Shown in pieces: positions 51,351-64,000 of a stretch of 64,000 bases of DNA. The stretch lies in NCBI RefSeq assembly GCF_009914755.1, contig NC_060935.1, one strand, 5' to 3'. This DNA is from the human T2T-CHM13v2.0 reference genome, Homo sapiens. Numbering within the stretch: the first letter of the stretch is position 1; the number at the start of each line of letters is the position of its first letter. The notes under the pieces are model-generated. The model did no database searches. It worked only from the letters and a program-made list of their open reading frames with translations, and was not told the DNA's origin. The position numbers were made by a program, and so were the translations under genes.

Positions 51351-51873
51351 TTCTAGACTTCTAAATTATCAAGTGGTCCCAGATATTAGTCCTTGGATCA
51401 CTTCTCTGGTATTTATAAAGATCATTCATTGACTTGGTGATATCATCCAATTTTAAGGCTTTAAATTTCATATATTTAATGATGGTGTATACCTAAGTAG
51501 TATATACTTAGCTCAGGCCCTGCTGAATTCTGGGATCTAACTGCCTATTTGGTATCTCTGTTTGGACATTCACAGTTAATACGCTTAAAAGTAAAATCCC
51601 AATCTTTTCCCCAAATCTGCCTCATCTCCTATATTCCTCATTTCAGTAAATGCAACTCCAGTATCTCAGGCTCAGAAACTGGTGTTGCTGTTGATTTTGT
51701 TGTAGTTGTCTTATATCTCATATTAAATCCATCATCAAATCCTGTGAGGATGTGGGCATATATATACCTGTATCTATCGATATAGAAATGAGTCATTTTC
51801 CTTTATCCACAACACAATCAGGATTTAAGATGCTATCTTATTTTACTTAGCTCATTGCAGTCATATTGTAAAG

Positions 51874-52091
51874 CAATGCTTCACAAATTATGGCCCATCA
51901 AAAGCCTCATGGTCCACAGGAGAGAAAGAGGTTATACCATAATCTAAATGAACTCTATCACTACACATACAGTTGAGTTTGTTGTTGTTGTTTTTGTTGT
52001 TGTTAAGACTTTCTTGACACAAGAAGTGGTGCTTTGGTTTACATTTTGACATAAATATCTTACTTGTGAACTAGTATTTTGAGTATCCCTG
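51874..52091. mobile_element. Degenerate hAT-type MITE (family uncertain)
   Basis: CAATGCTTCACAAA...TTTGAGTATCCCTG termini with imperfect 8-bp flanks TTGTAAAG/TCCTAAAG. Confidence 0.4.
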
Positions 52092-53468
52092 TCCTAAAGG
52101 TCCTTTCTACTTATAGACTTTCCCGTATTTTATTCTTTTTTTTTTTTTTTACAGTTTCAAATTTTATTTTGTTATTTATTTTGTTTAAAAATTTTTAAAT
52201 TGACAAATAATTGCATATATTTATGGAATACAATGTGATGTTTTGTTCTGTGAATAGGGTAGAAAGACTCAATCAAGCTAATATATCTATCACCTCACCA
52301 ACTTATCATTTTTTTGCTGTGAGAATATTTAACAATCTATTCTTTTAGTAATTTTGAAATATACAATACCTGATTATCAACTCTGGTCACCATGCAGTGC
52401 AATAGTGCAGTAGATCAATAAAATTTATTCCTCCAGTCTGAGACTTTATACACTTTGATCAACACCTTCCCTTTTCCCAACTCCTCCTCAACCCAGCTTT
52501 CTACTCTCTGTTTTTATGAGATTGACTTTTTAGATTCTACATGTGAGATCACACAGTATTTATTTGTCTTTGTCTGGTTTATTTTGCATAGCAAAATCTC
52601 CTTCAGTTCCATCCATGTTGTCACAAATAACAGGACTTCCTTCTTTTTACGGCAGTATAATATTCCACTGTGTTTATATACCACATTCTCTTTATCTATT
52701 TTTTTCATTGATTAATACTTACATTGTTTCCATATCTTTGCTATTGTGAATAAAATGCTGAAATAAACATGGGAGTGAAGATATGAACATACCAACTTCA
52801 GTTTATTTGAATATATACCCATAGGTGGGATTACAGAATCATATGGTAATTCTATTTTTGTTTTTTGAAGAACCTCCATATTATGTTCCAAAATGGCTGT
52901 AGCAATTTACATTCCCACCAGCAGTGCACAAGGGTTCCCCTTTCTCCACATCTCTACCAATACTTGTTATCATTTGTATTTTTGATAGTAGCCATTCTAA
53001 ATGGAATGAGGTGATATTTCATTGTAGTTTTAATTTGGGTTGCTTGCATTTCTTACATATTTTGGAAATTATCCCCTTATTAGAAGTATGGTTTACAAAT
53101 ATGTTCTTTCAATGCATGGGCTGTCTCTTCACTCTGTTGTTTCTTTTGCTGTGCAGAGGCTTTCTGGTGTGATGCAATCCCATTTGTCCATATTTGCTTA
53201 TGTTGCCTGTGCTTTTGGGGTCAAATCCAAAAAACATTGCCCAGACCAATGTCATGGAGATTTTTCCCTATATTTTCTTCTAGTAGCTTTATAGTTTCAG
53301 TTCATACATAGTAGTCTTTTGTCAAATTTTTAGTTAATTTTTGTATATAATGTGATAAGTGTCTAATTGTATTTTATTTGCATGTGGATGTCCAGCTTTC
53401 CCAACATCATTTATTAAAGAGACTTTGTTTAATAAACTGTTGATTGATGTGTCTGTTTTCATGGCAAT

Positions 53469-53878
53469 TGATATAATGTGGATCTATGTCCCTGGCAAAA
53501 TCTCATGTCAAACTGTAGTCCCTTATGTCGGAGGTGGGCCTGGTGGGAGGTGATTGGATCATGGGGGTGGTTTCTTATGAATGGTTTAGAATCATCCTTA
53601 TAGCTGCTGTTCTCATGATAGTGAGTTCTCATGAGATTTGGTTGTTTAAAAGTGTGTAGCACCTACCTGCTCTCTCTCCTGCTCATGCTCTGACCATGTA
53701 AGACGTGTCTGCTTCCCTTTGCCTTAGGCTATGATTGTAGATTTCCTGAGGGCTCCCCGGAAGCAGAAGCTGCCATGCTTCCTGTACAGCCTGCAGAACC
53801 ATGAGCCAATTAAACCTCTTTTCTTTATAAATTACCCAGTCTCAGGTACTTATAGCAGTATGAGAACAGACTAATACA
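53469..53878 (+). mobile_element. MSTA-like MaLR solo LTR inside L1MA
   Basis: TGATAT...AAATCTCATGTC...CCTGTACAGCCTGCAGAACCATGAGCCAATTAAACCTC...GACTAATACA. TSD GCAAT/CTAAT. Confidence 0.88.
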
Positions 53879-54873
53879 CTAATACCATACCATTTTGCTT
53901 AAAATAGCTTTATACTATATTTTGAAATCAGGGAGTAGGATGCCTCCAGCTTTGTCCTTTTTGCTCAGAATTGCTTGGGTTATTTGGAGTATTTTCTGGT
54001 TCATTACAAATTTAGGATTTTTAAAAATTTCTATAAAAATTCACATTAAAGTTTTGATAGAAATTGAATTATATTTGTGGATCCTTTGGGGTAGTTTGGA
54101 CACTTAACCAACTTCAATTATTTCAATCTGTGAACATGGAATAGCTTTCTATTTATTTATGTCTTTTTAAATTTCTTTTATCAATATTTTATAGTTTTCA
54201 GTGTATAGATCTTTCACTTTATTAAATTTAGTCCTAAATATTTCATTTTTGGCGCTATTATAAATTAAATTGTTTTTAAATTTCTTTTTCAGATAATTTG
54301 TTGTTAGTGTATAAAAAGTGCTACTGATTTTTGTATGTTTATTTTATAACCTACAAATTTACTGAATTTGGTTTTCTGTTTTGACAGGTTTTTGAGGAGT
54401 CCTTAGGGTCTTCTATATATAAGATCAGATCATCACCAACAGACAGTTTCACTTCTTTTTTTTCCACTTTGGATAGTTTTCATTTCTTTTTTTTCTTTTC
54501 TTTTTTTGCCTTGTTGCTTTCTCTAGGACCTCCAGTACTACATTGAATGGAAGTGGTGAGTGGGAATCTTTCTCTTATTTCTGATATTAGACAAAAAGTT
54601 TTCAACTTTTCAAAATTGAGAATATTAGTTGTGGACTTGTCTTATAGAGCCTTTATTATGTTAAAGTAAATTCCTTCTCTACCTTTTTTTTAAAGAGCTT
54701 TGATCATGAATGCATTTTGAATTTTGTCAAATACTTTTTTTGCATCTATCGAGATGATCATGTGGTTTTAGTCCTTCATTTTATTACTACGGTGTATCAC
54801 ATTTATTGATTTGCATATGTTGAACCATCTGTGCATCCTTGGAGTAAATCCCAATTGATTATAGTGAATGATC

Positions 54874-55173
54874 TTTTTTTTTTTTTTTTTTTTGAGATGG
54901 AGACTTGCTCTGTCGCCCAGGCTGGAGTGCAGTGGCATGATCTCGGCTCACTGCAACCTCTGTCTCCTGGGGTCAGGCATTCTCCTGCCTCAGCCTCCCA
55001 TGTAGTAGGGACTACAGGTGTGTGCCACCATGCCCAGCTAATTTTTTGTATTTTTAATAGAGATGAGGTTTCACCGTGTTAGCCAGGGTGATCTCGATTT
55101 CCTGACCTCGTGATCCGCCCGCCTCAGCCTCCCAAAGTGCTTGGATTACAGGCCTGAGCCTCTGCACCTGGCC
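54874..55173 (-). mobile_element. Alu (AluY/Sc8-like) inside L1MA
   Basis: CCGTGTTAGCCAGG...CTGACCTCGTGATCCG. TSD AGTGA(A/G)TGA(T/C)C. Confidence 0.9.
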
Positions 55174-57554
55174 CAGTGAGTGACCATTTTAATGTGCTGT
55201 TGAATTTTTTCTGCTAGGATTTTGTTGAGGACTTTTACATCTGTGTTCGTTAGATATATTGGCTTTCAGTATTTTTTTCTTGTAGTGTCCTTGTCTGGCT
55301 TTTGTATTCAAGTAATGTTGGCTTCGTAAAATGAGTTGAAGTATTCCCTTCTCTTCAATATTTGGAAGAGTTTGAGAAGGATTGGTATTAGTTTGGATTA
55401 AACATTTGGTAGATTTCAGCAGTAAAGCCATCAGGTCCTGAGCTTTTCTTTGAAGGGAGACTGATTACTGATGTAATCTCCTTACTTATTATTTGTCTGT
55501 TCAGATTTTCTATTTCTTCCTGATTCAGTGGTAGGTTGCATTTTCTAGGAATTCATCCATTTATTTTAGGTTATCCAATTTGGTGATGCATAGTTGTTCA
55601 TAATAGTTTCTTATGATACCTTGTTTTTCTGTGGTATCAGTTGTAATGTTTTCCCTCTTATTTTAAATTTTGCTTATTTGTGTTCGCTGTCTTTTTGTTA
55701 GTGTAGCTAAAGATTTGTTGGTTTTTTCTTTTCAAAAACACAGTTTTTGTTGATATTGTCTATATTTCCATATTTTCTAGCTCTATTTTGTTTAATTCTG
55801 CTCTGATCTTTGTTATTGCATTTCTTCTGCTAAGTTTGGGCTTACTTTGTTCCTTGAGGTGTAATGTAAAGTTATTTTTAAAGATTTTTTTTTATTTTAA
55901 TGTAGGTGTGTGTATTGCTACAAATATCCCTTTTTGGATTTCTTTTGCTGCGTCCCATAAGCTTTGGTATGTTTTTTTTCCATTTTTGTTTGTTTCAACA
56001 TATTCTTAAAGTTCTCTTGTAATTTCTCCTTTGAGCCCATGGTTGTTCAGGAGCATTATTTAATTTCCAGATATTTGCGAGTTTTTCAACATTTTTCCTA
56101 TTGTTAATGTCTGTTTCATTCCATTGTGGTCAGAAAAAGTACTCAATATGATTTCAATCTTCTTAAATTTTTTAAGACTTGTTTTGTGGCCTAATATATT
56201 GTCTACCCTGGAGAATGTTCCATGTACGCTTGGGAAGAATATGTATTCTCTTGGATGTTTCATTCTTATTATAGCAGTCTAAGCAGCCATTTTAAAAACA
56301 TGTAGTAGATCACGTCAAAATATCCCAATGGTTTTAAATCTCACTTAAAGTACAATCCAGTCCTTAAATGACCTTCATGATTTATATATTCCGTCTTTCC
56401 TATTTCCTCTCTGAATTTCATTCTTTTTCTCTGCCTCTTGCTCACTGCATTCTAGCTGAATGGGTCTGTGTTTTCCTGAAACATGCCAGGGAAGCTCCCT
56501 CTCTTTGGCTTTTGCATTTACTGTTTCCTCTTCCTGGCATTTGTTCTCCAAGATAGCTGTAAGTCTCACTTTCTTATGTCTTTTGGATCTTTGCTCAGAT
56601 GTTACTAAAGTTATCAACATAGTCTTCCACCATCACTCTATTTAATTTTTCACTCTTATCCTTAGCACTCTCTATCCCCATTTCTTGTGTCATTTTCCTG
56701 TATGTGTTCCTATATATATATGTATTATTTATTTGATAAGGCATTCCCAGTGTCTAGAACAATGCGTGATAAATAGTAGGTGCTAAAAAGATATCAGTTG
56801 AGCCAGTTAATGAACAGGTTATATTACAAGCTCTTATTATAGCACTTACAGTAGTATAATATTTTTACATGTCTCATTTTTACAGTGTAAATTACTCAGC
56901 AGGAGAGACCTTTATTTATTTTTATCGCAATAGTTCTTCGCACAGGGTCTGTAGGAAAGAATGCAGAAGGCATTCAGGAAATAGTTGTTAAATGCAAGAC
57001 CCCACAGGGTTTTTACCTGCATTTTGAAATTTATATGATCAGATGGTGATATTTTATTATAAATAAACAAGATATACTGTCAAAGCTTTCTAAAAACTTG
57101 AAAAACAAAATTCATGTACACAAAAATATATCAAATGGAATTTATTTTTATATTAAATAACAAGTGCAAACTTTGATAGCACACCGTTGTTGTATTAAGT
57201 TGTGTAATTTAGGATGCAATTTGATATTTAAAGGACACGAAATTATCACCCCGAGGTACATTACCACATCTAATTGCCTATTATCTGTGATATTACAGAA
57301 ACTTTTAATGGCCAATTGATTTCAAAACCCTCTCTGATACCTCTTTTGGAATCAGGAGTCTTTTTAGACAAAATAAGTATTATCACTGGTATCAACTGTT
57401 GTGGGTTTTTTAAAAGCAGACTTTTATTAACTTTTCTTATTTATTAAAAATAGTTTTCACACTCTCATGGGCTTTAACACTGGTAACCATACCAGGTTGA
57501 TGGTTAAAGATGAAGAAAAATCCCCTATGAATCTGGGAAGGGGAAGGGGTAGTA

Positions 57555-57740
57555 TAGTAGTCCCTCTGTATCCACGGGGCATTGGTTCCAGGAACCCCTG
57601 TGGATATCAAAATCTACAGATGCTCAAGTTCCTTATATAAAATGTTTTATTTGTGTATTACCTATGCACATCTTCCCATATACTTTAATCTCTGAATTAT
57701 ACATAATACCTAATACAATGTAAATGCTATGTAAACACTT
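57555..57740 (+). mobile_element. MER2 left half
   Basis: TA|TAGTAGTCCCTCTGTATCCACGGGGCATTGGTTCCAGG...AATACAATGTAAATGCTATGTAAA. Confidence 0.88.
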
Positions 57741-57953
57741 TTTTTTTTATTATACTTTAAGTTTTAGGGTACATGTGCACATTGTGCAGGTTAGTTACAT
57801 ATGTATACATGTGCCATGCTGGTGTGCTGCACCCACTAACTCATCATCTAGCATTAGCTATATCTCCCAATGCTATCCCTCCCCCCTCCCCCCACCCCAC
57901 CACAGTCCCCAGAGTGTGATATTCCCCTTCCTGTGTCCATGTGATCTCATTGT

Positions 57954-61776
<3,823 letters not shown>

Positions 61777-61839
61777 TATGATGTTAGCTGGTTATTTTGC
61801 TCTTTAGTTGATGCAGTTTCTTCCTAGTCTCGATGGTCT

Positions 61840-62856
61840 TTACATTTTGGCATGATTTTGCAGCGGCTGGTACCGGTTGTTCCTTTCCATGTTTAGCGCT
61901 TCCTTCAGGAGCTCTTTTAGGGCAGGCCTGGTGGTGACAGAATCTCTCAGCATTTGCGTGTCTGTGAAGTGTTTTATTTCTCCTTCACTTATGAAGCTTA
62001 GTTTGGCTGGATATGAAATTCTGGGTTGAAAGTTCTTTTCTTTGAGAATGTTGAATATTGGCCCCCACTCTCTTCTGGCTTGTAGGGTTTCTGCCGAGAG
62101 ATCCGCTGTTAGTCTGATGGGCTTCCCTTTGAGGGTAACCTGACCTTTCTCTGTGGCTGCCCTTAACATTTTTTCCTTCATTTCAACTTTGGTGAATCTG
62201 ACAATTATGTGTCTTGGAGTTGCTCTTCTCGAGGAGTATCTTTGTGGCGTTCTCTGTATTTCCTGAATCTGAACGTTGGCCTGCCTTGCTAGATTGGGGA
62301 AGTTCTCCTGGATAATATCCTGCAGAGTGTTTTCCAACTTGGTTCCATTCTCCCCATCACTTTCAGGTACACCAATCAGACGTAGATTTGGTCTTTTCAC
62401 ATAGTCCCATATTTCTTGGAGGCTTTGCTCATTTCTTTTTATTCTTTTTTCTCTAAACTTCCCTTCTCACTTCATTTCACTCATTTCATCTTCCATTGCT
62501 GATACCCTTTCTTCCAGTTGATCACGTCGGCTCCTGAGGCTTCTGCATTCTTCACGTAGTTCTCGAGCCTTGGTTTTCAGCTCCATCAGCTCCTTTAAGC
62601 ACTTCTCTGTATTGGTTATTCTAGTTATACATTCTTCTAAATTTTTTTCAAAGTTTTCAACTTCTTTGCCTTTGGTTTGAATGTCCTCCCATAGCTCAGA
62701 GTAATTGGATCGTCTGAAGCCTTCTTCTCTCAGCTCATCAAAGTCATTCTCCATCCAGCTTTGTTCCTTTGCTGGTGAGGAACTGCGTTCCTTTGGAGGA
62801 GGAGAGGTGCTCTGTGTTTTAGAGTTTCCAGTTTTTCTGTTCTGTTTTTTCCCCAT
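61840..62856 (-). pseudogene. L1 ORF1 (338 codons) with a single premature stop at codon 130
   Basis: 1017 nt in frame with TGA at 62467-62469 (CGA>TGA). ARR and YPAKLS intact; REKG changed to TEKG. Confidence 0.92.
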
Positions 62857-63762
62857 CTTTGTGGTTTTATCTACTTTTGGTCTTTGATGATGGTGATGTA
62901 CAGATGGGTTTTTAGTGTGGATGTCCTTTCTGTTTGTTAGTTTTCCTTCTAACAGACAGGACCCTCAGCTGCAAGTCTGTTGGAATACCCTGCCGTGTGA
63001 GGTGTCAGTGTGTCCCTGCTGGGGGATGCCACCCAGTTAGGCTGCTCGGGGGTCAGGGGTCAGGGACCCACTTGAGGAGGCAGTCTGCCCGTTCTCAGAT
63101 CTCCAGCTGCGTGCTGGGAGAACCACTGCTCTCTTCAAAGCTGTCAGACAGGGACATTTAAGTCTGCAGAGGTTACTGCTGTCTTTTTGTTTGTCTGTGC
63201 CCTGCCCCCAGAGGTGGAGCCTACAGAGGCAGGCAGGCCTCCTTGAGCTGTGGTGGCTTCCACCCAGTTCGAGCTTCCTGGCTGCTTTGTTTACCTAAGC
63301 AAGCCTGGGCAATGGTGGGCACCCCTCCCCCAGCCTCGCTGCCACCTTGCAGTTTGATCTCAGACTGCTGTGCTAGCAATCAGTGAGACTCCATGGGTGT
63401 AGGACCCTCCGAGCCAGGTGCGGGATATAATCTTGTGGTGCGCCGTTTTTTTAAGCTGGTCCGAAAAGCGCAATATTCGGGTGGGAGTGACCCGATTTTC
63501 CAGGTGCGTCCATCACCCCTTTCTTTGACTGGGAAAGGGAACTCCCTGACCTCTTGCGCTTCCCAAGTGAGGCAATGCCTCACCCTGCTTCGGCTCGCGC
63601 ACATTGCGCGCACCCACTGAACTGCGCCCACTGTCTGGCACTCCCTAGTGAGATGAACCCGGTACCTCAGATGGAAATGCAGAAATCACCGTCTTCTGCA
63701 TCGCTCACGCTGGGAGCTGTAGACCGGAGCTGTTCCTATTCGGCCATCTTGGCTCCTCCCCC
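62857..63762 (-). promoter_or_regulatory. L1 5'UTR: internal sense promoter (YY1 site 63742-63750) and antisense promoter firing toward the + strand
   Basis: Complete CpG-rich 5'UTR with AAGATGGCC intact. ASP splice donors CAG|GTGCG at 63418 and 63504. Confidence 0.8.
63312..63530 (+). pseudogene. L1 ORF0, truncated at codon 25
   Basis: MVGTPPPASLPPCSLISDCCASNQ* (TGA 63384-63386). Confidence 0.8.
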
Positions 63763-63766
63763 GCTC

Positions 63767-63924
63767 AACACTTGTTATACTGTATCATTTAGGGAATAAT
63801 GACAAGGAAAAAAGTCTGTACATGTTTACTACAGATAATTATCCTTATTTTTTTTCCAAATATATTCAATCCATGATTGGTTGAATCCAGGGATGCAGAA
63901 TTCATGGATACTGAGGGACAACTA
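63767..63924 (+). mobile_element. MER2 right half
   Basis: TTGTTATACTGTATCATTTAGGGAATAATGACAAGG...GGTTGAATCCAGGGATGC...GAGGGACAACT. Confidence 0.88.
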
Positions 63925-64000
63925 TTATCCTTATAAAATATGTCTAAAGACTTCTCCATAAAAAATGCCCACTCTCCAGGGAAAATGATTTTGCTAAAGA

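Larger units (their letters stand above)
52136..56260 (-). mobile_element. L1MA (L1MA6/7-like), 5'-truncated
   Basis: Poly(T), TTGACAAATAATTGCATATATTTATGG...TCAAGCTAAT...TTTGAAATATACAATA, then ORF2 remnants (56060-56263, FSRVDNILGHKTSL). Confidence 0.82.
50140..56815 (+). mobile_element. Long L2 fragment split by MER58, a hAT remnant and L1MA (L2 sequence at ~50140-52130 and ~56265-56815)
   Basis: TCCATGGTCTGTCATTATAATCACTC...CAAGGCCATCAGT...TGCTAAATCCAGT...CCTGAAACATGCCAGG...CCCAGTGTCTAGAACAATG. Confidence 0.7.

Overview
Hominoid primate genomic DNA (probably human or great ape; it carries an L1PA2-type element and AluY-like copies). The window is AT-rich and dominated by transposable elements, and reads as a large intron or intergenic region. 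I recognise no host protein-coding exon, RNA gene or CRISPR-like array. Essentially every long ORF in the track is LINE-1, Tigger2, Alu or LTR derived. Main elements: a near full-length Tigger2 (5051-8052); a twin-primed, 5'-inverted L1PA6-like element with a 16-bp TSD (8556-15455); a full-length L1PA15/16 (18613-25463); a solo LTR1B; a rearranged tandem of L1PA11-13 pieces (36803-42025); a full-length HSMAR2 mariner (43515-44815); an L1MA nested in L2; and a full-length L1PA2 inserted in MER2 (57741-63762). The most interesting signals are molecular-fossil events. A younger L1 inserted into the inverted L1PA6, accompanied by a ~500-bp deletion and a 73-bp filler copied from DNA 1.2 kb away, creating a chimeric 392-aa ORF. 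Two L1 copies 46 kb apart share rare variants, possibly from gene conversion. ORF0 of the L1PA2 is remodelled. A 460-bp AT-rich array is bounded by inverted repeats. Several repeat-free islands look like enhancers. I did not find a convincing new biological system. Subfamily calls come from my recall of consensus sequences, not from an alignment, and boundaries of old repeats are approximate.
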